NCBI GenBank assembly: GCA_964466835.1
Contig: CAYXNV010000002.1
Span: 3,779-67,778, forward strand
Length of the DNA: 64,000 nucleotides
Source: an uncultured Gammaproteobacteria bacterium
Lineage (GTDB): Bacteria; Patescibacteriota; Patescibacteriia; Patescibacteriales; UBA12465
Direction: 5' to 3'
This document shows, one piece after another, positions 30,732 through 39,483 of the stretch. A model generated the notes under the pieces. That model saw only the letters and a list, made by a program, of their open reading frames with translations. It made no database searches and had not been told where the DNA came from. Position 1 is the first letter of the stretch. Each line of letters opens with the position of its first letter. The translations under genes and the position numbers were made by a program.

Positions 30732-31550
30732 ATGGAAAACATTGCTTTACCTAAAAAAATTGATTTTAAAGCAGGTAGCAATCCTAACGAGGGGACTATT
30801 ATGATTGGGCCTTTGTTTCCGGGTTATGGTATGACCCTAGGAAACTCTTTACGACGTGTTTTACTATCCTCTCTACCAGGAGCAGCTGTCGTTGGAGTTA
30901 AAATCAAAGGAGCTAGTCATGAATTTATGGCTATTCCTGACATCAAAGAAGATGTCTTAGAAATTATCCTTAATCTAAAACAGTTACGCCTTAAAATTTT
31001 TGACGGAGAAGAAATCCGTTTAGAATTGAAAACTAAAGGCAAAAAAACTGTTACCGCCGCTGATATTACTAAGAATAGTCAGGTTGAAATTATTAATCCA
31101 GATTTAGTTATTGCTCACATCACTGATGAAGCTGGTAGTTTAGAAATTGAAGTTATTGTTAAAGAGGGTCGTGGCTATCAAATGACCGAAGGAGCGAAGA
31201 AAGAAAATCGTGAGATTGGTTATATGGAAATTGACGCTATTTTTTCTCCAGTATTACTAGTTAGTGTTAAGGTTGAGAATACTCGTGTTGGTAAAATGAC
31301 CAATTGGGATAAAATACTATTAGATGTTAAAACAGATGGCACTATTAGCCCGGAGCAAGCTTTTGATGAAACAGTTAAAATTTTAGTTGATCAATTTGGT
31401 GCTTTAGCTCCAAAGGCAGAAAAGAAAGAAAAGGAAGAGAAAGAAGAGGATGTAGAAGAAGTTGAAGAAGAAAAGAAAGAGAAAAAGGAAGAAAAGAAAA
31501 CTACTAAGAAAAAAACCACAAAAAAAGAAGAAACCAAAAAGAAAAAATAA
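30732..31550 (+). CDS. rpoA: RNA polymerase alpha subunit lacking the alpha-CTD
   Basis: GYGMTLGNSLRRVLLSSLPGAA, IDAIFSPV; a K/E-rich tail follows the NTD. Confidence 0.93.
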   Translation: MENIALPKKIDFKAGSNPNEGTIMIGPLFPGYGMTLGNSLRRVLLSSLPGAAVVGVKIKGASHEFMAIPDIKEDVLEIILNLKQLRLKIFDGEEIRLELKTKGKKTVTAADITKNSQVEIINPDLVIAHITDEAGSLEIEVIVKEGRGYQMTEGAKKENREIGYMEIDAIFSPVLLVSVKVENTRVGKMTNWDKILLDVKTDGTISPEQAFDETVKILVDQFGALAPKAEKKEKEEKEEDVEEVEEEKKEKKEEKKTTKKKTTKKEETKKKK

Positions 31551-31568
31551 ATATAATTCACGCTGAGT

Positions 31569-31919
31569 ATGAGACACAGAAATAAAACCAAGATTTTGGA
31601 TCGGAAAAAAGAACCAAGAGAATTGATGCTAAGAAATTTAGCTTCTAGTATTTTATTATATGAAAAAGTAAAAACCACTGAAGCTAAAGCTAAAGCAGTT
31701 CGACCATTAGTAGAGAGAATGATTACCACCGCTAAGAAAGGTGATTTAAATGCTCGTCGTGGTTTAATTAAAGTTCTCCTGCAAAAGAATGCTGTTAAGA
31801 AGGTGATGGAAGTTTTAGGAGAACGGTATAAAGACAGAAAAGGTGGTTATACTAGAATTACTAAATTAGGAACTCGTCAAGGTGATGGCGCGGAAATGGT
31901 GCAAATTGAATTAGTCTAA
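31569..31919 (+). CDS. rplQ: 50S ribosomal protein L17
   Basis: MRHR, TTEAKAK, GGYTRI, RQGDGA. Confidence 0.96.
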   Translation: MRHRNKTKILDRKKEPRELMLRNLASSILLYEKVKTTEAKAKAVRPLVERMITTAKKGDLNARRGLIKVLLQKNAVKKVMEVLGERYKDRKGGYTRITKLGTRQGDGAEMVQIELV

Positions 31920-31923
31920 CTAT

Positions 31924-32280
31924 ATGAATAAAATAACAAGAAAAATCCATAAAGTTGATGCAAGTGACCAAACAGTTGGTCGTTTAGCTACTCAAATCGC
32001 TAATTTACTAAGAGGGAAGAATAAACCTGAATTTCAACCCCATTTAGATTTAGGTGATATTGTTGAAGTTAGTAATATTACTAAATTGAAATTTACTGGT
32101 AAAAAATTAGATCAAAAGAAATATTTTCATTATTCTGGCTATCTTGGTGGTTTAAAAACTAAAAAAATGTCTGAAGTTTTTGCTAAAGATCCCGGTGATG
32201 TTCTTAAAAGAGCAGTTAGAGAGATGTTGGCTCCGACCAAATTGAGAAACGATATAATGAAAAGATTAATTATTAAATAA
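31924..32280 (+). CDS. rplM: 50S ribosomal protein L13
   Basis: GRLATQIANLLRGKNKP, HYSGYLGGLK. Confidence 0.95.
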   Translation: MNKITRKIHKVDASDQTVGRLATQIANLLRGKNKPEFQPHLDLGDIVEVSNITKLKFTGKKLDQKKYFHYSGYLGGLKTKKMSEVFAKDPGDVLKRAVREMLAPTKLRNDIMKRLIIK

Positions 32281-32281
32281 T

Positions 32282-32788
32282 ATGGCTGAGAAAAAGACTA
32301 CAAAAAAAGAAGTTAAGGAAGAAAAAAATACTAAGAAAGTTGAAAAGGTTGAAGAGATTAAAGAGAAAGATTTTGATAAAAATGAAATTGTAGAGTTTAA
32401 GGGTAAATATATTAAAACAATTGGTCGTCGCAAAAAATCAGTGGCCCAAGTACGTCTATATGAAAAAGGTAAGGGAGCAATTGTTGTAAATGGCATGAAA
32501 GTTAGTAAATATTTTCCTGGCGATGCTTTAAGTATTGTTACTCAGCCCCTAAAGGCGGTTAGTAAGCTAAGAGATTTTAACTTTTCTGTGATTGTTAAGG
32601 GTGGAGGAAAAAAAGGCCAAGCTGAAGCTGTTAGACTAGGTATTAGTCGCGCACTTTTATCTCATGATGAAGCTAATAAAGATATTTTAAAACTAAACGG
32701 TTATCTAACCAGAGATCCTAGGCAGAAAGAACGAAAGAAACCAGGCTTGAAGAAAGCTAGAAAGAGACCACAATGGAGCAAGCGTTAA
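32282..32788 (+). CDS. rpsI: 30S ribosomal protein S9 with N-terminal extension
   Basis: GRRKKSVA, GGGKKGQAEA, ERKKPGLKKARKRPQWSKR. Confidence 0.96.
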   Translation: MAEKKTTKKEVKEEKNTKKVEKVEEIKEKDFDKNEIVEFKGKYIKTIGRRKKSVAQVRLYEKGKGAIVVNGMKVSKYFPGDALSIVTQPLKAVSKLRDFNFSVIVKGGGKKGQAEAVRLGISRALLSHDEANKDILKLNGYLTRDPRQKERKKPGLKKARKRPQWSKR

Positions 32789-32814
32789 TATAAAATCTCA
32801 TTCCTTTATATATT

Positions 32815-32841
32815 AAAACAACCTCAAATGAGGTTGTTTTT
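32815..32841 (+). terminator. Terminator of the alpha/rpsI operon
   Basis: AAAACAACCTCA-AA-TGAGGTTGTTTT. Confidence 0.85.
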
Positions 32842-32848
32842 GTATTAG

Positions 32849-32874
32849 AAAAGGCCTGTAGTTAAACAGGCCTT
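32849..32874 (-). terminator. Second hairpin, likely terminator of cassette 4
   Basis: AAGGCCTGT-agttaa-ACAGGCCTT with a T tract on the minus strand. Confidence 0.7.
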
Positions 32875-32880
32875 AAAATC

Positions 32881-33423
32881 TTATTGCCAATCAATAACAT
32901 CTTCCGGGACTTCAAGAATAATGTTTTTTGGAGCTTTATCCATTGATTTCTTATCAAGTTCTAATTGATATGGTTCTAGGGTGATAAATCTACTTTTGTT
33001 GTGTCCGTAGCTATCTTTTTTTGGGTAATAAGCATAAACAGTTGTACCTTTTTTTAAACTTTGATTTAAATAAGGATGCTGTTTTTTATCAATGTCTCTG
33101 TTAATCTTTCCTCTGGTAATTGCGTAGTTAATAAGAAGGTCATCTTCACGCATCAGAAAGATTTTTTCATTAGTCCCATCTCTCATTGTTTGCGCTTGGA
33201 GTCCAGATCCCATACAGAGAATGTCTATTGTTTCAAAAGCCGCTTTTTCGTCCTCGGAATCAAATACCAGGGTTTTGTAATCCGAGGTATCATAAAATAC
33301 TAATGGATTATCCTTTGTGCCTCGATAAGCATGTAATCTTATTTTAGCACCACGAGACCAGCAGATTATATCACCAGCTTGCAGTCTAGTTCTTTGTTCG
33401 CCTTCTTTTGTTTTTATGAACAT
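32881..33423 (-). CDS. Orphan hypothetical protein (cassette 4)
   Basis: 180-aa ORF with its own promoter and terminator. Confidence 0.75.
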   Translation of the reverse strand: MFIKTKEGEQRTRLQAGDIICWSRGAKIRLHAYRGTKDNPLVFYDTSDYKTLVFDSEDEKAAFETIDILCMGSGLQAQTMRDGTNEKIFLMREDDLLINYAITRGKINRDIDKKQHPYLNQSLKKGTTVYAYYPKKDSYGHNKSRFITLEPYQLELDKKSMDKAPKNIILEVPEDVIDWQ

Positions 33424-33496
33424 TTTTTATAATTTTGGTTAATTTATTGTTAAATTACTATTAGATTAAATTAACATTATCTGATTGGGGTGTCAA
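33424..33496 (-). promoter_or_regulatory. Promoter with boxA-like/ACCAA leader for orphan 33423
   Basis: Minus strand TTGACA-N17-TAATTT, GTAATTTAACAAT, AACCAAAA. Confidence 0.7.
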
Positions 33497-33535
33497 TCAA
33501 TCGCTTGTCAGTGATTTTTTTGATATAATCTAAAT

Positions 33536-34633
33536 ATGGATAATTTAATGAAGAAAATAAAAGAATTGAAGAAAAAATTCTTAGCCACTAAGAAGCTTTT
33601 GGATATTGAGAAGAAAAAGAAGAAAGAGAATAAATTAAGGAATGAAATGTCTGAAACCGGTTTTTGGGATGATCAAGAAAGGGCAGTAAAGGTTGGTCAA
33701 GAAGCAGAAGAATTATTAAATGAAATAAATGATTGGCAAAAAATGGAAAATAGTATTCAAGAAATCGAGGAATTACTTTCCCTAGCTTCTAAAGAAGAAG
33801 AAAGTGAGCTAGGAGAGGAAATAGAGAAGAAGATAGAGGAATTAGAAGATAATTTTTCTAAGTTAGAGTTCTTAGCTCTATTCTCTGGGAAGTATGATCG
33901 CCATAATGTTCTCTTAGCTATTCATGCTGGCACTGGCGGGGTTGATGCCCAAGATTGGGCTGAGATGTTGGAAAGAATGTATCTACGTTTTAGTGAAAAG
34001 AAAAATTGGAAGACAGAAATATTAGATCGTAATTATGGCAATGAAGCGGGAATAAAAAGTGTAGTGATAAGAGTTAGTGGCAATTGGGCCTATGGTCATT
34101 TAAAAAGTGAGAATGGCGTTCATCGGCTATTACGTATTTCTCCTTTTGATGCTGAGGGCATGCGTCACACTTCTTTTGCCTTAGTGGAGATTATGCCAGA
34201 GATAGAGGATGATAATATGGTTACCATTAATGATAATGATATTAGGATTGATGTTTTTAAAGCTAGTGGTCCGGGTGGTCAAAGTGTTAATACCACTGAC
34301 TCAGCTGTTCGCATCACTCACATACCTAGTGGAATTGTAGTTTCCTGTCAGAATGAACGATCGCAACGTCAAAATAAAGACAATGCTTTAAAGATATTAA
34401 GAACTAAATTATATCAATTGGCACTAGAGACAAAAGAAGCTGAAGAGAGAAAGTTAAAAGGTGAGGTTCAGAAAGCTGAGTGGGGAAGACAAATCAGATC
34501 ATATTTTATGTATGGTAATCAATTAGTTAAGGATCATCGCAGTGATTATGAAACTAATAATGTTAATAGTGTTTTAGATGGAGATTTAGATAATTTTGTT
34601 TCTGCTTATTTAAAATATTTACAGTTGACATAA
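33536..34633 (+). CDS. prfB: Peptide chain release factor 2 (continuous ORF, no frameshift)
   Basis: SPF specificity motif, GPGGQ, WGRQIRSY. Confidence 0.95.
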   Translation: MDNLMKKIKELKKKFLATKKLLDIEKKKKKENKLRNEMSETGFWDDQERAVKVGQEAEELLNEINDWQKMENSIQEIEELLSLASKEEESELGEEIEKKIEELEDNFSKLEFLALFSGKYDRHNVLLAIHAGTGGVDAQDWAEMLERMYLRFSEKKNWKTEILDRNYGNEAGIKSVVIRVSGNWAYGHLKSENGVHRLLRISPFDAEGMRHTSFALVEIMPEIEDDNMVTINDNDIRIDVFKASGPGGQSVNTTDSAVRITHIPSGIVVSCQNERSQRQNKDNALKILRTKLYQLALETKEAEERKLKGEVQKAEWGRQIRSYFMYGNQLVKDHRSDYETNNVNSVLDGDLDNFVSAYLKYLQLT

Positions 34634-34705
34634 GTTGAAATAATTGATATTTTAAATAGTTAACAAAGATCTTTTAAAAATGAATATTAACCAAATTAAT
34701 TTATA
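34625..34705 (+). promoter_or_regulatory. Promoter with boxA-like/ACCAA leader for orphan 34706
   Basis: TTGACA (inside the last prfB codons)-N17-TATTTT, GATCTTTTAAAAA, AACCAAA. Confidence 0.7.
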
Positions 34706-35686
34706 ATGGAAAAAAATGTATCTACGATTAATAAGACTACTCTGGTTCGTCGTTTAGAAGGAAAGCCTGATGGTCATGTTTATAGCTTTGATAAATTTCA
34801 AGACTATTTTATTGTTTTTGGTAACTTTAAGAAGTGGGGCAATCATGAGGCCCGTCATGTAGCCGTGCTTAATAAAGATTTTACCCTTAATTATATTGCT
34901 ACTGATGAGCTTGGTGATGTTATCGCCGTTGATATCTCAGAAGATGAAATCGAAGGAATATTATCCTTTGGAGATTATCTCTTGGTTTATGGTGATTTTA
35001 CTAGATATCGCCATACTTCTGTGAATAGTGTCCTAGTTGTGGATAAAAATTTTGAGGTTGATTATAAAGAGACAGAAAAATTTCTTAGCAATGGTATTGA
35101 TGTCAATATTGAGAAAATGTTTGTTCATGGAAAAAATCTTTTTATTTCTTCCAGTAAGCCCCCGGTGATTAATGGAACATTAGAAATTAACCATGTCGTG
35201 GTACTAAATAAAGATTTTAGTCTTAATCTTAAAGAGATGGAAAAATTTGTTGTTGATGGTCCTGATGATCTTGTACAAGGAATATGTTCTCACAATAACC
35301 ATTGTATTGCTTATGGCAATTTTGAAGAATGGGGAAGGGCTGAAGATCTCAATTTTCTTGCCCTCATTAATGAAGACTTAAGTCTTAACCTAAAAAAAAC
35401 TGAAAGTATTTTTTGGGGTTTTGATAATAATGTGCATGTCTGTGTTCCGTATAAAGAGGGTAAATTTTTGATGGGCGGAGAATTTACAAATTGGGGCCTT
35501 GATGATGAGATTTATCATTGTGCTGTAATTAATGAAAAGCTTATTCTTGATCCTCCCGAATCTGAAATTATCGGCTATCCCAATCAAACAGTTTATGACA
35601 TGTATGCCCATGGATCAAGAATCATTGTAGTGGGCGCCTTCACTAAATGGAAAGAAAAATCAACTCGATTTATAAAAGTTATTTAA
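34706..35686 (+). CDS. Orphan repeat protein, probable beta-propeller (cassette 5)
   Basis: Repeats GNFKKWG, GDFTRY, GNFEEWG, GGEFTNWG, GAFTKW, most followed by (L/I)N(K/E)DxxL-like segments. Confidence 0.75.
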   Translation: MEKNVSTINKTTLVRRLEGKPDGHVYSFDKFQDYFIVFGNFKKWGNHEARHVAVLNKDFTLNYIATDELGDVIAVDISEDEIEGILSFGDYLLVYGDFTRYRHTSVNSVLVVDKNFEVDYKETEKFLSNGIDVNIEKMFVHGKNLFISSSKPPVINGTLEINHVVVLNKDFSLNLKEMEKFVVDGPDDLVQGICSHNNHCIAYGNFEEWGRAEDLNFLALINEDLSLNLKKTESIFWGFDNNVHVCVPYKEGKFLMGGEFTNWGLDDEIYHCAVINEKLILDPPESEIIGYPNQTVYDMYAHGSRIIVVGAFTKWKEKSTRFIKVI

Positions 35687-35711
35687 CTTTTGTTCATCGT
35701 TAATCAATTAT

Positions 35712-35741
35712 AATACTGCTAGCTAATAGTAGTATTTTTTT
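35712..35741 (+). terminator. Terminator of cassette 5
   Basis: AATACTGCTA-gctaa-TAGTAGTATT followed by a T tract. Confidence 0.6.
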
Positions 35742-37118
35742 ATGCTTAGAAAAAAATGGTTTCTATTTCTAAATATTATATTTATTATATCTATTTTCAT
35801 TATTGGTTTTAATGAAACTATTTTTGATAGAGATAATAGTTTATCTAATTATCACGATAATCAAGTGATTATTTTGGGAATGGTTTGTGAAGAAACAGAT
35901 CAAGGTGTTGATAATCAAAAACTAACCATCTGTGTGCGAGCGATTAAATTAGATAATGAGACCAAAATGGTTTCTGGTCGAGTGCTAGTAAGTTTGGGAT
36001 TATACCCTAGTTATAATTATGGAGATTTTCTGTTAATTAAAGGTTATCTGAAAAAACCAATTAGGTTTGAAGATTTTAAGTATGATCGCTACTTAGCCCG
36101 TTATCATATTTATTCAGTTATATATTATCCCCAGATAAAAAAGGATGAAGGGAAATTGAACTTAAGAGAAAAAATGATGTTAAAGTTATTTAAATTTAAA
36201 TGGTCTTTAAAAGAAATGATTGACAGGAATTTGCCTGAGCCAGAAGCTGGTTTAGCTAATGCAGTTTTATTGGGCTATAAAAGAACAGTTGAGAAAGAAG
36301 ATATGGAGATATTTTCTCGAGTTGGGCTTAGTCATATGATTGCTATCTCTGGATCGCATATTACCATTATGAGTGCGATGATTATCAATTTATTCGTTGG
36401 TTTAGGATTAAACAGAAAGAGAGCTTTGGTTTTTGTTTGGATATTTTTAGTTCTTTATCCTTTAATAACCGGTCTGCAAGCTTCAGCAGTTCGTTCTGCT
36501 ATCATGGGTGCTTTTGGTTTTTTAAGTATCTATTCTATTAAAAAAATACCAATTTTCAATTGTTTAATATTCTCAGCTAGTTTAATGCTTTTATTTAATC
36601 CTAAACTTCTTCGGGATGATGTTGGTTTTCAGTTGTCTTTTTTAGCAGTCTTGGGAATTATTTATCTTTATCCGATTGGTGAAAAAATAATAGGGAAGAG
36701 AATAAAAAATAAAGTGATAAAAAGTGTTTGGGATGTAACTAATCTAACTCTGGTTTCTCAGATAATTACTTTGCCAATTTTGTTGATAAACTTTAATCAG
36801 CTTTCAATTATTTCACCCTTAGCTAATATCCTGGTGCTATGGGTATTTTCAATGCTATTAGCTGGTTTAATCATCGCTATATTTTTTAGTTTTATCTTAC
36901 CCTGGTTTAGTTTAATCTTTTTTTGGCCCATTTATCTATTACTCAAGTTTGTTTTTCTAATTTCTAATTATTTAGCTAATATTTCTTGGGCAGCCATGGA
37001 TGTTAATAATTTTACCTGGTTTAAGGGGATTATATACTATCTAGTCTTATTGATTTTATTTAAAATATATAGTAGTATGAAAATTCATAAAGTTCATTAT
37101 AAACAATTAAAACAGTAA
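35742..37118 (+). CDS. comEC: ComEC/Rec2 competence DNA uptake channel (no MBL domain)
   Basis: GLSHMIAISGSHI, SAVRSAIM, DVGFQLSFLA motifs. Confidence 0.92.
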   Translation: MLRKKWFLFLNIIFIISIFIIGFNETIFDRDNSLSNYHDNQVIILGMVCEETDQGVDNQKLTICVRAIKLDNETKMVSGRVLVSLGLYPSYNYGDFLLIKGYLKKPIRFEDFKYDRYLARYHIYSVIYYPQIKKDEGKLNLREKMMLKLFKFKWSLKEMIDRNLPEPEAGLANAVLLGYKRTVEKEDMEIFSRVGLSHMIAISGSHITIMSAMIINLFVGLGLNRKRALVFVWIFLVLYPLITGLQASAVRSAIMGAFGFLSIYSIKKIPIFNCLIFSASLMLLFNPKLLRDDVGFQLSFLAVLGIIYLYPIGEKIIGKRIKNKVIKSVWDVTNLTLVSQIITLPILLINFNQLSIISPLANILVLWVFSMLLAGLIIAIFFSFILPWFSLIFFWPIYLLLKFVFLISNYLANISWAAMDVNNFTWFKGIIYYLVLLILFKIYSSMKIHKVHYKQLKQ

Positions 37119-37121
37119 GAA
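37050..37121 (+). promoter_or_regulatory. Promoter with boxA-like leader for orphan 37122, inside the comEC 3' end
   Basis: TTGATT-N17-TAGTAT, GTTCATTATAAAC. Confidence 0.55.
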
Positions 37122-37511
37122 ATGGAGATTTTAACAGAATTCCCAATTCCAGCCAGTGAGCTGAGATTGAAAAAGTATGTTGCTTCTGGTGTTTTAGGTG
37201 ATCCAATTATGGAAGAAATAGCTCTCAGGATTCTGATATTTTCTCAAGAAACTGGAGAATATGTGAAAGTATCTTCCAATGTTTTATTTGATCGCTATAC
37301 AGAAGAGGAAAAAATTGCCCTAGAAAGAGCAGAAAAGAAAGAAGAACAAGAAATTATTAGTTTTTTGTTTGGCTCTATGGGATATTTTGCTGAAATTATA
37401 TCTGATGTAATTAATGATTTGCGTGAGAAATCCTTAATCAAGCTAGAAAAAGGGAAGGATAATGATTTAATCTTAATGCCCACCCCTGAACTAGTAGCTA
37501 GAATAGCCTAA
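37122..37511 (+). CDS. Orphan hypothetical protein (cassette 6), possible winged-helix C-terminus
   Basis: 129-aa ORF ending INDLREKSLIKLEKGKDNDLILMPTPEL (helix then hairpin pattern). Confidence 0.7.
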   Translation: MEILTEFPIPASELRLKKYVASGVLGDPIMEEIALRILIFSQETGEYVKVSSNVLFDRYTEEEKIALERAEKKEEQEIISFLFGSMGYFAEIISDVINDLREKSLIKLEKGKDNDLILMPTPELVARIA

Positions 37512-37513
37512 AT

Positions 37514-37547
37514 AAAAACCCACCTGAATAGTTAGGTGGGCTTTTTT
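37514..37547. terminator. Bidirectional terminator between cassette 6 and rpmB
   Basis: AAAAA-CCCACCTGA-atag-TTAGGTGGG-CTTTTTT. Confidence 0.8.
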
Positions 37548-37568
37548 AATATAAAAATAGGGAAATAT

Positions 37569-37745
37569 TTATTTCTTTTTCTTAGCCAAAGTTCTCATGC
37601 AAGAAGTGCAGATTTTCAACTTAGCACCGTCAATAACTTTGCTTTGTAAATTAATTTTTTGTCTTTTTAGGGTTTTGATTTTAGAGTGAGAACGACTTGC
37701 ACCTTTAGTAGCTCCTCGTTTGCATAAATCACATTTTCTGGCCAT
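37569..37745 (-). CDS. rpmB: 50S ribosomal protein L28
   Basis: MARKCDLC...RSHSKIKTLKRQKINLQ...ICTSCMR. Confidence 0.93.
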   Translation of the reverse strand: MARKCDLCKRGATKGASRSHSKIKTLKRQKINLQSKVIDGAKLKICTSCMRTLAKKKK

Positions 37746-37823
37746 ATTTTTCAACAATTATTTTTTAATGGTTTAACTTTAGCAACATTTCAAAAAATAA
37801 TCAAGTATGTTAGAATGGAGAAT

Positions 37824-38426
37824 ATGATGATACCAATATTTCAAATAATCGTTTTAATATTAGCCGCTGTTGCTCATGAATATATGCATGGCTGGATGGC
37901 TTATCGCTTAGGCGACCCAACCGCTAAGAATGCTGGTCGTCTAACCTTTAATCCTTTAGCTCATTTAGAGTGGTTTGGCTCTTTTTTCTTGCCTTTAATG
38001 ATGCTATTAGCTAATTTTGGTTTCATCTTTGGTTGGGCCAAACCAGTCCCATATAATCCCTATAATTTGAGAGATAAGAAGTATGGGGAAGCTAAAGTAG
38101 CTTTAGCAGGACCAATGGCAAATTTGGGGATAGCCATTGTTTTTGGGCTAATATTACGCTTTTTACCGTTTTTTAGTCTAACTTTTGCTGGTTTATTGAG
38201 TATTATTATCTATATTAATCTGATTTTAATGGTTTTCAACTTAATCCCAATCCCACCCTTGGATGGCTCTAAGATATTAGCTGTGTTTCTTAAACCCGAA
38301 CAAAGAGCCCGATATTTACGGATGGAAAGAACTGGTTTTATTCTAATAATTTTGTTTATAATGGTGGCTGGCAGTTTGTTAGTTCCGGTTGTTAATTTCC
38401 TTTTTCGGTTGATAGTGGGAACCTAG
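37824..38426 (+). CDS. Site-2 protease, M50 family
   Basis: HEYMH, AGPMAN, FNLIPIPPLDG; start may be 37815 or 37824. Confidence 0.92.
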   Translation: MMIPIFQIIVLILAAVAHEYMHGWMAYRLGDPTAKNAGRLTFNPLAHLEWFGSFFLPLMMLLANFGFIFGWAKPVPYNPYNLRDKKYGEAKVALAGPMANLGIAIVFGLILRFLPFFSLTFAGLLSIIIYINLILMVFNLIPIPPLDGSKILAVFLKPEQRARYLRMERTGFILIILFIMVAGSLLVPVVNFLFRLIVGT

Positions 38427-38448
38427 ATAATATCAGTTTTAGTTATCC

Positions 38449-38477
38449 TTGACTTATATTTTAGTTTTTGTTAAATT
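38449..38477 (+). promoter_or_regulatory. Promoter of the str operon
   Basis: TTGACT-N17-TAAATT with extended TG. Confidence 0.65.
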
Positions 38478-38545
38478 ATAGCTGTATAAATAAACATATC
38501 CTGAGTAGTCAGGATTGTTTTAATATTTAAAAAATAACTTATATT

Positions 38546-38962
38546 ATGCCAACTATTAATCAATTAGTTCGCAAGGGAAGAAAGAAAGAAACTAAAGGCA
38601 AGAAATCTTTAGCTCTTCATACTACTTTTGATTCTCTGCATCGTAAAAAGAAAGAAAATGCTAAAGGCGCTCCATTTAAACAGGGTGTTTGTTTAAAGGT
38701 GACCACCACTACTCCTAAAAAACCGAATTCAGCTCTACGTAAGATCGCAAGGGTAAAGCTTTCTAATGGCATGGAAGTGACTGCCTATATCCCGGGAATG
38801 GGTCATAATCTCCAAGAGCACTCAATTGTTTTAGTAAAGGGTGGAAAGACTAAAGATTTACCAGGTGTTCGCTATAAAGTGGTTCGAGGTGTGTTTGATG
38901 CCTCTGGCGTTGAAGCCAGACGTCAGAGTCGCAGTCTTTACGGTGCTAAGAAACCAAAATAA
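38546..38962 (+). CDS. rpsL: 30S ribosomal protein S12
   Basis: [27 protein letters not shown]. Confidence 0.97.
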   Translation: MPTINQLVRKGRKKETKGKKSLALHTTFDSLHRKKKENAKGAPFKQGVCLKVTTTTPKKPNSALRKIARVKLSNGMEVTAYIPGMGHNLQEHSIVLVKGGKTKDLPGVRYKVVRGVFDASGVEARRQSRSLYGAKKPK

Positions 38963-38987
38963 ATTCATTAATTTATAATCAATAAAT

Positions 38988-39461
38988 ATGAGAGGAAAAC
39001 CAGCCCCAAAAAGAGATATTGATGGTGATCTAAAATATAATGATAAAAACATCGCCAAATTTATCAATTACATCATGGAAGAAGGCAAGAAAACTATTGC
39101 TGAGAAGATTGTCTATGATTCTTTTAATATTCTAAAAGAAAAAACTAAGCAAGACCCACGACACATTTTTAACAAAGCGATTAAGAAAGTGTCTCCTTTG
39201 GTTGAGGTCAGAGGAAAAAGAGTCGGCGGTGCCAATTATCAGGTTCCATTCCAGGTAAGAGGTGAACGTCGTTTTTTCTTAGGTTGCAATTGGATTATCA
39301 AGGCAGCCCAAGATCGCAAGGGCAAAGCAATGGCGGAAAAGTTAGCGATTGAAATTTTAGATGCTTCCAATGGTGAGGGAACAGCAGTTAAGAAAAAAGA
39401 AGCTGTTCATAAGATGGCTGAAGCTAATAAGGCTTTTGCTCATTTCTCTCGTTCTAGATAA
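38988..39461 (+). CDS. rpsG: 30S ribosomal protein S7
   Basis: RVGGANYQVP, HKMAEANKAFAH. Confidence 0.97.
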   Translation: MRGKPAPKRDIDGDLKYNDKNIAKFINYIMEEGKKTIAEKIVYDSFNILKEKTKQDPRHIFNKAIKKVSPLVEVRGKRVGGANYQVPFQVRGERRFFLGCNWIIKAAQDRKGKAMAEKLAIEILDASNGEGTAVKKKEAVHKMAEANKAFAHFSRSR

Positions 39462-39483
39462 TTAATTTTAATTTTAAATAAAT

